IMG/VR virus record: IMGVR_UViG_3300029288_000055
Location: 128,001-192,000 of that record
Strand: one strand, 5' to 3'
DNA: 64,000 bases
Origin: a virus
Lineage: Duplodnaviria; Heunggongvirae; Uroviricota; Caudoviricetes
Part shown: positions 18,958-29,251 of the stretch, one piece after another
Numbering within the stretch: the stretch's first letter is position 1
How the letters are laid out: each line of letters starts with the position of its first letter
Notes under the pieces: generated by a model
Databases searched by the model: none
What the model saw: the letters and a program-made list of their open reading frames with translations, nothing else
What the model was told of the DNA's origin: nothing
Translations under genes and position numbers: made by a program

Positions 18958-20274
18958 ATGAGCTTAAGTGACGACAAAAGAAATATTTTTACGACCATTG
19001 GTTCATATACTTCGGTAATAGAAGCAACAAAAATGCCTAATACTACTGATCTATTTCCTTCAATTAATAATAAAAAAGATATTGTACCGTTTTTACTCGA
19101 CATACTAAAAACAGTTGCTGGCACTGATGCCTTACAAGGATTAACGGGTGAGTTATTTACTAATTTTATTGATAAAATTGAACCACAATTGAAAGTAGCA
19201 TTAAAAAATCAAGTAGCACAATATAATGCAAGCCAAAATCTTCCTAATTATTTTCTCAGTACTGGAACTGGTGTTAGAGTTAAAGCAAAAGATATTGATA
19301 TTAGTGGCAAACTTAAAACTAATCCACAATCTGTAGGTGGAGAATTATTATATGATAATTCAGCACCTAATTTTGATAGTAGTGCATATAATGCAATTGT
19401 AAATGGAAATGCAACATTTGGTAATTTAAATATGAAATATCTGGCATCAACTGATGAATTGGTTTTTAATCAAAATGGTGGTGTTTCAACAATCGGTGGT
19501 TGGGCAAATGATTATATTGACGGTCTTAAAATTATTAATAAAAAAGAATTCATAAGCAATGTTATGAATAAAATGTATGGCACAATTACTAAAAGTCAGG
19601 GCAAAACAGTTAATGATGCTTATCAAGAATTAGTTGTTGATCAACTTATATTACAATTAGTTAATGATGATGATAGTTTTGAAATTTCGGCTGAAGATAA
19701 CGCTGCCTTACTTAGACGTGCTGAAGAAATAATAAATGGTACTGTAAATTATGATATGGGTTGTGGAGTAATGAGTGCAAATTTACCTTTAAGTGGATTA
19801 ACCAATTTAATTAATAATATATCAGGTACAACTGGTCAAGCGACTGACCCAAATTATGTCGGAAATCAAATAAACAATACAATTGATCAAAGCGTACAAA
19901 ATAAAGAAGTTGCTGATGCTAATAAACAAACCGTTAAAGACGGATTTTTTCAAAGATTAATTAATTTAATTACTCAGACATTAGCACAAGCATTAAGTGC
20001 AACACCACAAATACGTGCATTACTTGCAATTATAAGTGCATTTCAAAATCAAGGTATTACTAAAATTGGTAATGCAAAAGATGATCTTGTAAAATTCAAA
20101 ACACTTTTAAAATGTATTGTTAATATGGCAATGCGATTAATAAATGAATTTATATTTAATTTAATTAAAAAGTTTTTGGTAATACTTTTAAAACCATTGA
20201 TATTAAAAATAATAAAAGAAAAAATAACGCAATATAGTGCGATCATCAAAAGTTTAATACCTTTAAAAATATAA
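18958..20274 (+). CDS. putative virion (baseplate/tail) structural protein
   Basis: 438 aa in the late operon with the gp5-like gene. Confidence 0.5.
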   Translation: MSLSDDKRNIFTTIGSYTSVIEATKMPNTTDLFPSINNKKDIVPFLLDILKTVAGTDALQGLTGELFTNFIDKIEPQLKVALKNQVAQYNASQNLPNYFLSTGTGVRVKAKDIDISGKLKTNPQSVGGELLYDNSAPNFDSSAYNAIVNGNATFGNLNMKYLASTDELVFNQNGGVSTIGGWANDYIDGLKIINKKEFISNVMNKMYGTITKSQGKTVNDAYQELVVDQLILQLVNDDDSFEISAEDNAALLRRAEEIINGTVNYDMGCGVMSANLPLSGLTNLINNISGTTGQATDPNYVGNQINNTIDQSVQNKEVADANKQTVKDGFFQRLINLITQTLAQALSATPQIRALLAIISAFQNQGITKIGNAKDDLVKFKTLLKCIVNMAMRLINEFIFNLIKKFLVILLKPLILKIIKEKITQYSAIIKSLIPLKI

Positions 20275-20278
20275 TTAT

Positions 20279-20686
20279 ATGGCAATTGATTTTACTAATT
20301 CTAATGCAATTATTGGCGCATTTAACAAAATATTAAATCTATCAAGTATTGGCGGTCCACCTACCGTGCCAACACCTTTAATTCTTATTGGTGTAAAATC
20401 ACGTTCAGGATTGTCACCAACTAAAATTGCTTCACGTATTATTGCAAGAAAAAGTGAAGCAGGATTGCCAGTTGGTGTCTTACCATCTGGTGGTATTTCC
20501 CCAGATGAAATAATGGAAAGAATTAGAATTGAAGAAATCATCAAAGCATTTCAACAAGATGCTGTGATTACTGTGGCAATCCCACCCGGGATTACGCTGA
20601 CGGCTGCTGGTATATCACCTACAGGACCGGTTACAGTATTTGGTTCAACAATAAGATTTGTAAGTGGTTATGGAGTTATACAATAA
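20279..20686 (+). CDS. putative baseplate/spike-associated protein
   Basis: 135 aa, Pro/Gly-rich C-terminus VTVAIPPGIT...GPVTVFG. Confidence 0.5.
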   Translation: MAIDFTNSNAIIGAFNKILNLSSIGGPPTVPTPLILIGVKSRSGLSPTKIASRIIARKSEAGLPVGVLPSGGISPDEIMERIRIEEIIKAFQQDAVITVAIPPGITLTAAGISPTGPVTVFGSTIRFVSGYGVIQ

Positions 20687-20892
20687 TGGAAGATTTAAGC
20701 AAATATACACCAATTGAATTAAATAAATTATTTAATGATATCAAATTAAAACATGATACATTAAAACAAGAGATTATTGATCATACTTTTGAAGCTGATG
20801 AACTTGAAAAAACGATTAATAATAAATTATTACTTTTAGATGAAGCAGAAAAAATTTATATTGCATTAATTGAAGAAATAAGCAAAAGATAA
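20686..20892 (+). CDS. small coiled-coil hypothetical protein
   Basis: 68 aa, translationally coupled on both sides. Confidence 0.65.
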   Translation: MEDLSKYTPIELNKLFNDIKLKHDTLKQEIIDHTFEADELEKTINNKLLLLDEAEKIYIALIEEISKR

Positions 20893-21779
20893 TGTCATTT
20901 GATAAACCTATAGTACAAACAAGTAATCCTTTTAAAAAGGTAGGCACTTACCAAGTCACCAGAACGATTTATTATGGCGAAGTAATATCTATTACCGATA
21001 ATACTGATGGTGGCAGAATTCAAGTTAAAATACCTGATTTGGATAATAAAACTGCAAATACTGATTTGCCATATTGTTATCCTATGTTGCCAAAATTCTT
21101 TCATTTACTTCCACAAGTAGGTGAAATGGTTAGAGTTTTTATTGAAGACATAAAATATCCTGAAAGAAGTAGATATTGGATGGGCAGCATTATATCACAG
21201 CCACAAAAAATTGGTTTTGATACAATTTACACGGCATTATCAACAACAAATATGGGATTAACAATACCAGAACCAGCACCTTCAACATTACCAGATGCAA
21301 AAGGAGTGTTTCCATTATCTACAGATGTTGCAATAATTGGTAAAGTTAATACTGATGTTATCTTACGTACCAATGAAGTGCATATAAGAGCAGGTAAACA
21401 TGAAAATGGTAATGTATTAAAATTAAACACTAAAAATCCAGCATCAGTTAATCTTGTTTTTGAACAACAGAAGGGAAATGCTAATTTTTATAGTAATACA
21501 GTTGTGTTTAGCGACAAGATTGCTCTTATATCACATACTGGAAAACCACAATTTAAAGCAGCAGAATTAACAGCAGACGATAGAACAAGAATATTTACTG
21601 AAGGACATCCAATTGCCAGAGGCGATGTATTAATTGAAGCACTAAACATATTGAGAAATGCAATTATTAATCACATTCATGGTTATTCAAATCTACCTGC
21701 AGACAAAAATGCACTTATAAAAGATTTAGAAAATATTAATTTCGATAATATTTTACAAAAAAACATTGTGATTAATTAA
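20892..21779 (+). CDS. baseplate central spike / hub (gp5/VgrG OB-fold)
   Basis: GEVISITDNTDGGRIQVKIPDLD...LLPQVGEMVRV...RYWMG; C-terminal NHIHGY metal-tip motif. Confidence 0.8.
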   Translation: MSFDKPIVQTSNPFKKVGTYQVTRTIYYGEVISITDNTDGGRIQVKIPDLDNKTANTDLPYCYPMLPKFFHLLPQVGEMVRVFIEDIKYPERSRYWMGSIISQPQKIGFDTIYTALSTTNMGLTIPEPAPSTLPDAKGVFPLSTDVAIIGKVNTDVILRTNEVHIRAGKHENGNVLKLNTKNPASVNLVFEQQKGNANFYSNTVVFSDKIALISHTGKPQFKAAELTADDRTRIFTEGHPIARGDVLIEALNILRNAIINHIHGYSNLPADKNALIKDLENINFDNILQKNIVIN

Positions 21780-21795
21780 TTTTTAAGTACTTTTG
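21766..21795 (+). promoter_or_regulatory. Bacteroidota sigma-A type promoter
   Basis: TTG-N19-TACTTTTG immediately before ATG 21802. Confidence 0.6.
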
Positions 21796-21801
21796 CTTTT
21801 T

Positions 21802-22584
21802 ATGGAAAAAATACCCAATGAATTATTTACAGCATTTAATGATGTGACGTTTTATGACGAACCACATAAATATTTTATTAATAATAAAGAACTAATTTCA
21901 GTAACTACATTAATTCACAAATATCAAGAAGAATTCGATGAAAAATTCTGGTCAGAATTTAAAGGAGCACAACACAAGATCAGTCCAGTTGAAATAGTCA
22001 GGGCATGGAAATTTATAAACAGAAAAGGCACAATCAGAGGTTCTGCAATACATGATTATGCTGAAAATTTGTTTCAAAATAAAAAATATGAATATCCTAA
22101 ACAATTAATATTAAACGAATTTGGCTTTGACCCTGTTCAACATACTTATGATATTTGTAAAAAGCATGTTGATAATTTCTATAATACAGTTCAGGGTGTA
22201 TTAATACCAATTAAAACGGAAATGGTTGTATATGATTGTGAAACATTAATTGGTGGGATGCTTGATATATTATTTTGGAATAAAAAATCACAACAATTTG
22301 AAATTTGGGACTGGAAAACTAACAAAAATTTTACAAAAACTGAACCTAAAAGACATTTGCTTAATGATTTGTTTATGCTGGAAGATTGTGACTTAGAATT
22401 ATATTCATTACAATTGGAAATGTATAAGCAGATTATTGAAAAGAATGTACCAATCAAACTTGGTCAATCACATATTGTTTGGTTTTCACATAATAATGAA
22501 AAATTTGAAGTGATGAAGACTCTGGATAGAGAATATTACGTTAAACTTATCCTCAATAACAGACTTCTTGAATTAGCTGCATGA
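21802..22584 (+). CDS. PD-(D/E)XK exonuclease (Cas4-like/RecB family)
   Basis: HKY...SVTTLI...RGSAIHDYAE...TE...GMLD...IWDWKTN...YSLQLEMY. Confidence 0.8.
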   Translation: MEKIPNELFTAFNDVTFYDEPHKYFINNKELISVTTLIHKYQEEFDEKFWSEFKGAQHKISPVEIVRAWKFINRKGTIRGSAIHDYAENLFQNKKYEYPKQLILNEFGFDPVQHTYDICKKHVDNFYNTVQGVLIPIKTEMVVYDCETLIGGMLDILFWNKKSQQFEIWDWKTNKNFTKTEPKRHLLNDLFMLEDCDLELYSLQLEMYKQIIEKNVPIKLGQSHIVWFSHNNEKFEVMKTLDREYYVKLILNNRLLELAA

Positions 22585-22673
22585 AATTTTCTGAAAAATT
22601 CATGCAAGTATAAAAGATAAAATAATAGCTGTTATGATATAAGGACCTCATATAACGTATAAAATATTATATG

Positions 22674-22722
22674 TTATATCCAGCCAAAACTCATTAAAAA
22701 AGATAGTTTTGGCTGGATATAA
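22674..22722. repeat. 18-bp perfect inverted repeat with 13-nt loop
   Basis: TTATATCCAGCCAAAACT...AGTTTTGGCTGGATATAA. Confidence 0.85.
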
Positions 22723-22727
22723 ATAAT

Positions 22728-22754
22728 AAAAAAAGCCACAACTAAGTGGCTTTT
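22728..22754. terminator. bidirectional intrinsic terminator
   Basis: AAAAGCCAC-AACTAA-GTGGCTTTT between convergent genes. Confidence 0.75.
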
Positions 22755-22773
22755 GAATTTCTTTTTGTAACTC

Positions 22774-23262
22774 TTACATATTAAGAATACATCTCCAAGG
22801 CTGTATCGTAAGTTGAATTGTTGTTAAACCATCTTCTTCATAACTGTTTTCACCAAAATCAATTGCTGTAACCATACATTGTTCTAAAGTCCATTTTTCA
22901 ACTTCAACACCAGTTGGGTCAACTGCTTTTAATAGAATATTTTTCTTGTAACCTGCTGCGTAACCCATACGACCAGTCAAAGATTCTGCATGTAAACGAA
23001 CCCACTCCATTAATTGTTGTGATGTAGATGGTCCTATTGGGTCAAGGAATGTCAATTGCATTTCTTCCCAATTATATCTACCAGCAACATAGTTCTGTTC
23101 GTTCATGAACTGAATTTGTACTGAGTTAATTTTCATTGAAGGTCTTTTGAACTTTTGAATTTTCCAGACTTCAATGCCCAATTCATCTGCAAATTCTGCA
23201 AAGAATCTATTAATTCTCTTGGGTTCATATTGAAACGGGATTCCCCTTATCATTTCTGCCAT
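22774..23262 (-). CDS. tail tube protein (T4 gp19-like)
   Basis: EPKRINRF...RPS...YVAGRYNW...DPIGPS...MEW...DPTGVEVEKWTL...IDFG. Confidence 0.9.
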   Translation of the reverse strand: MAEMIRGIPFQYEPKRINRFFAEFADELGIEVWKIQKFKRPSMKINSVQIQFMNEQNYVAGRYNWEEMQLTFLDPIGPSTSQQLMEWVRLHAESLTGRMGYAAGYKKNILLKAVDPTGVEVEKWTLEQCMVTAIDFGENSYEEDGLTTIQLTIQPWRCILNM

Positions 23263-23342
23263 ATTTCTGCATATTTAAATTATAATACTTATTTTTCTAA
23301 TAAATACTATAATGTTTGAAAACAATTCACAAAAAATAATTC

Positions 23343-23945
23343 TTATCTTGGCATTTGACCAGTTCTATGAAAATGTCTTAACTCTGCATTACTTAAACTT
23401 GCTAAAGTTTTCGCTTTTGGTGGTTCAGGAGCTAATGCTTTTAATTCATTTAAAATTTGGTCATTCACCATATCAGCAACTATTTGTGCACCTTCTTCAA
23501 TTTGTTTTTCAGTAAGAAAATATTCAATAGCTGGGGTTTCAAGTTCTTTTTTCAATTCTTCTGCAGCATCAATACTTAACTGTTCACCACTTATTTCTGT
23601 CTGAAGTACTTTTTCTATTTCAGTTTGTGCATCAACATTATGATATTGTTCAAGAACTTCAGCAATTTTTTCACCTTCAATATGAGGTTCAATTTTTATT
23701 TCTTCTTCCACAACCTCACTGGTAAACTCTGGAAATTCTTCAACAAATTCTTTTACTTCATTATTAAGCTCAGAAGTAGATTCTGGTTCTGAAGTTGCAA
23801 GTGTTTCTTCTACGGGTTTTACTGGTTTTTCTGCAGTAAGATTTAAATCTGCAATTATTGGTTCAGATGTTACTGATTTTTCTTCTACGGGTTTCTCAAC
23901 TTGTATTGGTTTAGAATATACCCTTTTAGTTTTTTTATTACTCAT
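23343..23945 (-). CDS. acidic low-complexity late protein
   Basis: Glu-rich 200 aa with its own late motif at 23976. Confidence 0.65.
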   Translation of the reverse strand: MSNKKTKRVYSKPIQVEKPVEEKSVTSEPIIADLNLTAEKPVKPVEETLATSEPESTSELNNEVKEFVEEFPEFTSEVVEEEIKIEPHIEGEKIAEVLEQYHNVDAQTEIEKVLQTEISGEQLSIDAAEELKKELETPAIEYFLTEKQIEEGAQIVADMVNDQILNELKALAPEPPKAKTLASLSNAELRHFHRTGQMPR

Positions 23946-23991
23946 TTTTATAAAAAATTATAATATTATTTTATCATAAATACTCAAACAT

Positions 23992-24021
23992 AAAAAAAAA
24001 GACCCACAATGTTGTAGGTCT
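23992..24021 (-). terminator. intrinsic terminator after the sheath gene
   Basis: Minus strand AGACCTACA-ACAT-TGTGGGTCT followed by a T run. Confidence 0.7.
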
Positions 24022-24043
24022 CTTTATTTAAAGTTATTATTTA

Positions 24044-26845
24044 TTATGCTCCAACGTCAGCGAATGATGCACCAGAAGGTGTAATTGTAAATGTAATTCC
24101 AATGAATTCAACAGCACGTGTTGGTTTCAAGAATAATTCACCATATAATTCATTTCTGTCGTTAGTTTCAGTTGTGTTATTGCTATTATCCATCTTGATT
24201 CTATAATCATTCAAACCTCTTTCTCTCTTAATTGTATCAAGTACTGGAGTAGCTTTTGTTATAAATTGGTCAATTGTTGTTTGATCATCTTGTTCGAATA
24301 CAAGTCTGATTGCAATATTTGCAATAAGAACTTTGATTTGAAGTAATAATCTACGAACATTAATTCTATCAAGAGCACTTTCTTTAACTTGTAATGTCTT
24401 CTGTCCAAAGATTGCTGTGCCAGCATCTGCAAAATCAGCCATTGGGTTAATTCTACCTTTATATAATACATCACGAGCATCCTGTGATAATTTAAATTTT
24501 GATTTTCTTGCATCAGTTACACCCCTTTGTAAACCAGCAGGTGCAAACCAAGGGAATTTTGTATTATCAGTAAATGCCATTGCTTTAACTACTTCACCTG
24601 TAGGTGGAATATAAACATTGACATTATTCTGAGTATCCCTGATTTGAATCCAAGGGAAGTATGTGCATGAATAACTACTATCAATGCCAGTATTATCAAG
24701 TAAATCAACAACATCTGTTGCAAATTGAACATCTTGTTTTTGTTGACCAACAACTGGTGAAGTTCCAATATCAGGAGCATCAATTACATATAATGTATCT
24801 GTTCTTTGTTGTTCAACCATTTCAATTGTATCTTGAACCATAATTGTGTTATTTGACCAATCAATACCCGGAGTTGAAAATAAGTTAATCGTAACTTCTT
24901 CAGGATTTGAAAATGTGTCAATTGCTGTTTCCCATGCTTGAAAGTCATTTATTGCAGTTGCATTAGGTGCAACACCGTCATAAATACCGCCCTGACGATA
25001 TAAGTCGCCATATGAACGATAACCTCTGTTAACATCCCAACCATCAAAACCGCCAGCAGGAACAAGAGTGAATTTTCTTGAATTTATATCAAAATAAGGA
25101 TTTGTATTATCTACAACATCATTAGCTGTCTGGAATTTACCAGCACCAACTTCGAATGTACCAAGATTAATAGTTCCTTCAGTATAACCAGTACCAGTTG
25201 CACCAGAATCCATATGGAAACCTTTAGTTTTTACAAAGCCACCACTTAAGCTACTTTGACCATTAAAATTAAAGAAGTTTTGATTAATACCAGTACCTAT
25301 AACGTTTGCTGTATTATAACCATTTTCTGATATTCCCAAATATACTTTTCTAAATTTATCTGTTTGTGTATAACCTGTTTTGTAAATAATTATTGGTGTT
25401 TTACCAACAGTAGTACCATCGCTTGTTGCAGATAAAGCATAATTATTAAATTCGTAGCCTTCAAAACCAGCAGGGAATAAATCAGGAGCAATATTGTCTG
25501 CAAGTTCAAGCATAACATAATTACTTTGAATATCATACTCACCATCAGCAGTACCAATACGCTGTGCTATATAGTTTGTTAAACCTTGAATTAATGAACA
25601 TCTCGTATATGATTCCAATACAATTGGATTTGCATCAGTATCATTAAAATCACGAATAACAATATCAAATTCAAGAGAAATTGGATTAATGTTTTGAATA
25701 CTAATTTTAACTTCTTGGTTTGCTGCATTACCATCAGAAATACTAATGAATTTGAACAATCTGTCAATTTCACTACCTTTTAATTGTGATACAACCCAAG
25801 GAGTTTCAGGTGTCTGGAATTGAGTCTTATAGTTTTTATAAAAATTAGACCTTAATTTAATTACAACATCATTTATGCCATAACCATATGGTGCAATACC
25901 AGAAATACCATAACTTGTTAATCCTGTTGGATATGTAGCACCTGCAGAATCCAAATATTTAATTAAATCAGGATATACCGCTTCTGTCCATATCTTTGTG
26001 TTTTTATCTTTTGGCAAAGAACCAATTACATTTGGTAAGAAACTACTTGCATCTGGATTTAATGTTGCAGTATATGTTGTACCGCCAGACACTAATATAG
26101 TAAATTGACCAAATAAATCACCACTATCAAGATTAGTACTATTTGCAGGTATTGAAAGTATACTTGTTTGGAATGCAGTAGTTGCTGGCAGATTTACATG
26201 ATCAGTAACATCGCCTCTACTTCTAATTACAGCAAGTACCATCTTTTCATATGCAGTATATGAAGTACCTGAGAATAATGTTCTGGTAAAATAAGTAGTC
26301 CCACTACCAATACTACCATTAAATGTGGTTACTGTCCAAGTATATGAGTATCCGCTAAAAGCAGTACTACTATATTTATGTAAACCTAAGAATGTAGTAC
26401 CAGTTTGACCACTTACACTTATCATAACACCTAAATATTGGAAGTTAGTAAATGTAGAGTTACCAGTTGTTACGCTTTCAATACCTACAGTTACGGGGTC
26501 AACACCTGCATTTAATGTAAGTGTCCATCCTGTACCAGCATCATATCCAGATAATCCCAATACTCTTGTTACATACAATTGATTAGTTTCATCCAAATAA
26601 GCATTTGCCACATATGGTAATTGATATTTAAGACCTTTATTTCCAAGTGGAAATCTTTCAGTGCTTTGTACGCCGAACCTTGTTGAAAATTGAGTTTTAT
26701 CTTGAATGAAAACAGGTTCAAATGCAGGTCCTTTTAGCGTTTCACCTACTAAGCCTAATGTGGTGATACCTACGTTACGTGTCACAAATGTGAGATCACG
26801 TTCTTTAAATTTTACTCCCGGAGAGGTAAATACAAAATCTGCCAT
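24044..26845 (-). CDS. contractile tail sheath protein (T4 gp18-like)
   Basis: FTSPGVKFKERDL...GETLKGPAFEP; C-terminal PWFAPAGLQRG, FGQKTLQ, ALDRINVRRLL, PTRAVEFI. Confidence 0.95.
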   Translation of the reverse strand: MADFVFTSPGVKFKERDLTFVTRNVGITTLGLVGETLKGPAFEPVFIQDKTQFSTRFGVQSTERFPLGNKGLKYQLPYVANAYLDETNQLYVTRVLGLSGYDAGTGWTLTLNAGVDPVTVGIESVTTGNSTFTNFQYLGVMISVSGQTGTTFLGLHKYSSTAFSGYSYTWTVTTFNGSIGSGTTYFTRTLFSGTSYTAYEKMVLAVIRSRGDVTDHVNLPATTAFQTSILSIPANSTNLDSGDLFGQFTILVSGGTTYTATLNPDASSFLPNVIGSLPKDKNTKIWTEAVYPDLIKYLDSAGATYPTGLTSYGISGIAPYGYGINDVVIKLRSNFYKNYKTQFQTPETPWVVSQLKGSEIDRLFKFISISDGNAANQEVKISIQNINPISLEFDIVIRDFNDTDANPIVLESYTRCSLIQGLTNYIAQRIGTADGEYDIQSNYVMLELADNIAPDLFPAGFEGYEFNNYALSATSDGTTVGKTPIIIYKTGYTQTDKFRKVYLGISENGYNTANVIGTGINQNFFNFNGQSSLSGGFVKTKGFHMDSGATGTGYTEGTINLGTFEVGAGKFQTANDVVDNTNPYFDINSRKFTLVPAGGFDGWDVNRGYRSYGDLYRQGGIYDGVAPNATAINDFQAWETAIDTFSNPEEVTINLFSTPGIDWSNNTIMVQDTIEMVEQQRTDTLYVIDAPDIGTSPVVGQQKQDVQFATDVVDLLDNTGIDSSYSCTYFPWIQIRDTQNNVNVYIPPTGEVVKAMAFTDNTKFPWFAPAGLQRGVTDARKSKFKLSQDARDVLYKGRINPMADFADAGTAIFGQKTLQVKESALDRINVRRLLLQIKVLIANIAIRLVFEQDDQTTIDQFITKATPVLDTIKRERGLNDYRIKMDNSNNTTETNDRNELYGELFLKPTRAVEFIGITFTITPSGASFADVGA

Positions 26846-26907
26846 GTTTATTAATTATTAATGTTTTTATTATTATTTTCTAATATAAGCTCTGTGTTAC
26901 TTTTCAA

Positions 26908-26915
26908 ATAAATAC
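26908..26915 (-). promoter_or_regulatory. late promoter motif GTATTTAT (sheath)
   Basis: ATAAATAC on the + strand upstream of the minus-strand sheath gene. Confidence 0.7.
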
Positions 26916-27052
26916 TAAAAAAATATGCAAAAGGTATTTAAGATTGATTATTATCACACTGTTGTTCTTGCTCATAAAATCAAATCTTTAAGTTTTTTAT
27001 CTTTTTTGGATTAGATTTTCAAATTTTTCTTTTTTTTTAGGTTAAATTTTCT

Positions 27053-27096
27053 AAAATTTCTCGAAAAAAAAATTCATTTTTTTTTCGAGAAATTTT
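27053..27096. repeat. 20-bp perfect inverted repeat in the divergent late-promoter region
   Basis: AAAATTTCTCG(A)9-TTCA-(T)9CGAGAAATTTT. Confidence 0.8.
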
Positions 27097-27147
27097 TACT
27101 ACATATAAGAAATTCTTTACTTTAGTATTTATTTGAAACATTATTGT

Positions 27148-29211
27148 ATGAATAAATCACAACGTATTTTTTTAAACAACAATGCTGCAATTGCAGATAG
27201 TCATATAACTGTTAAACTTGATCAGGATGTTGATACACTTGAATTTCTTTCTATGAGTCTTAGCACTAAAGATGTATATCAAGATTTTAATGCAGATTAT
27301 GGAGTTTTAATAGGAAGAGTTCTTGCCAATGGTGGTATTGGCATACCAAATGCTAAAATAAGTATTTTTATTCCATTAACAGATGAAGATGCTAATAACA
27401 GTGAAATTAGTAGCATTTATCCATATATAAATCCAACCGACAAAAATAACGAAGGCAAGAGATATAATTTATTGCCACGTGTTTCTCAAGTTAATTCATT
27501 TGGCATTTCATCTCCTAAACAACCCTTTGGCTCATTTCCTATTAAACCCGAACTTGTAACTAATCTTGAATTTCTCAATGTTTATAAAAAATATTATAAA
27601 TATACTGCACTAACTAATGGTTCTGGTGATTATATGATTTTTGGAGTACCAATAGGAACACAAACAGTTCATTTAAGTGTCGATATAACTGATATTGGTA
27701 AATTTAGTATGACACCTGCTTCTATGGTAACAAATTTAGGGTATTCACCAAATTTATTTACTGATAACGGTTCTAAAATAAAACTAAGTACCGATTTGAA
27801 TGACTTACCAAATATTGAAACACAAGAAATTAGTGTAGATATTGTACCTTTTTGGGGAGATACTGAAAATTTTACTATTGGCATTACTCGTCAAGATTTT
27901 AGAATTCGTTCAGTATTAAATAATACTTTTGTTTTATTTGGCAGTTCATTTACTGATGGTGATAATTCAATGTGGGGTGAAGAATCGCATTCTGCGGTAC
28001 GTGTAGGTGAATTATTTCGTGCCAGAAATGATGCAAATACTACAGTTGGTATGTATTCTAAAAGAAATGGTAGAATTACTGAAAAAATTTATTACTATCC
28101 CCCAACAGTTACAGACGCACAAATTAATTCAGGCAGTGTTGACCCAACAACCCAAATGTTAGTATTAGACCCTTCTGAATATTCAACATATAAAAGAGAC
28201 GGTGATTTTGTATTTATTGTTAGTTGTAATCGTGCTAAAATAATTACAGATGATTTTGGAAACGAAGTATCAGTGCCATTTGATTCAATTAACGGTATTT
28301 TTACTGAATTTAGAGGATTTGTTACACTTGAATATACTAACGATGCAATTCCAATGAATTTTACTGGAAGTATTGGTGCAGATTCAAAACTCGTACCATT
28401 AAGATATAAATTAAAATTTCCACAATATGCTGCACGTAATGCAAGTTTCGCTAAAGCGGAAAATACTAACACTAATAATTGGAGAAAAATAAGTTTTAAA
28501 TTTATTGGTGGAAAATTATATAGCTTTGCAAAATTTCATGGATTAACATATAATGAAGATTATCCAGATGCTGATCAATTTTTTCAAGATCATAGTGATA
28601 ATAATGGATTTTTTAGAAAAACCACACCTAATCTACCAACAAACGACCCTTTCTGGAACGTAGGTATAATAGTAAACGGTAATTATGGTAATTATATCAA
28701 TTCAAATCAACAATTTCCATCTAATGCTACAAATGGTAGTATGGGGGGAGTTTTTGGAGCAAACTGGATGAATTTAAGTATATATTTTCCACAAATCGGA
28801 TTTCAATCTGAAGGTTCTTGGAGAAGTTTACGAGTTTATTCAGCAGATAACTTTGCAAGACAAACAGAAGATAACACAGATAATAGTTTCTTTTTCTTTG
28901 ATAACACACAAAAAATTGCAGCAAGTGAATTTAATACAAAATGGTTTGCCCGTTCAGACTTAAATTGGACAGATATTATTGAAATACCTAAACAAGATAT
29001 ATTGGCAATGAATAATGTTACAAAAAAAGGATTTACCGAATTAGACCCAGCAACGCCACTTGGTAATACATATCGTAATAAAACAAAAATACCAACTGGA
29101 TGGGCAGCAGCATGTCCAATTACCGCAGGGGTTGGTTCGAACACATATTTTTACAAGGGTATTAATAAGGCTAATTGTATTGAATTTGTTGTTTCTTTAG
29201 GACTTGTATAA
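27148..29211 (+). CDS. putative baseplate/tail structural protein
   Basis: Late motif at 27125; beta-sandwich-like GRVLANGGIGIPNAKISIFIP...TNGSGDYMIFGVPIG; ATG at 27148. Confidence 0.6.
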   Translation: MNKSQRIFLNNNAAIADSHITVKLDQDVDTLEFLSMSLSTKDVYQDFNADYGVLIGRVLANGGIGIPNAKISIFIPLTDEDANNSEISSIYPYINPTDKNNEGKRYNLLPRVSQVNSFGISSPKQPFGSFPIKPELVTNLEFLNVYKKYYKYTALTNGSGDYMIFGVPIGTQTVHLSVDITDIGKFSMTPASMVTNLGYSPNLFTDNGSKIKLSTDLNDLPNIETQEISVDIVPFWGDTENFTIGITRQDFRIRSVLNNTFVLFGSSFTDGDNSMWGEESHSAVRVGELFRARNDANTTVGMYSKRNGRITEKIYYYPPTVTDAQINSGSVDPTTQMLVLDPSEYSTYKRDGDFVFIVSCNRAKIITDDFGNEVSVPFDSINGIFTEFRGFVTLEYTNDAIPMNFTGSIGADSKLVPLRYKLKFPQYAARNASFAKAENTNTNNWRKISFKFIGGKLYSFAKFHGLTYNEDYPDADQFFQDHSDNNGFFRKTTPNLPTNDPFWNVGIIVNGNYGNYINSNQQFPSNATNGSMGGVFGANWMNLSIYFPQIGFQSEGSWRSLRVYSADNFARQTEDNTDNSFFFFDNTQKIAASEFNTKWFARSDLNWTDIIEIPKQDILAMNNVTKKGFTELDPATPLGNTYRNKTKIPTGWAAACPITAGVGSNTYFYKGINKANCIEFVVSLGLV

Positions 29212-29217
29212 AATAAA

Positions 29218-29241
29218 AAAATCCCTCAATTGAGGGATTTT
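29218..29241. terminator. bidirectional terminator
   Basis: AAAATCCCTCAATTGAGGGATTTT between convergent genes. Confidence 0.75.
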
Positions 29242-29251
29242 GTTCTTGGAA

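Noticed and set aside
21802-22584. Cas4-like nuclease suggesting a CRISPR-Cas locus
   Set aside because: No repeat-spacer array or other cas genes in the window; stand-alone PD-(D/E)XK exonucleases are common in phages.
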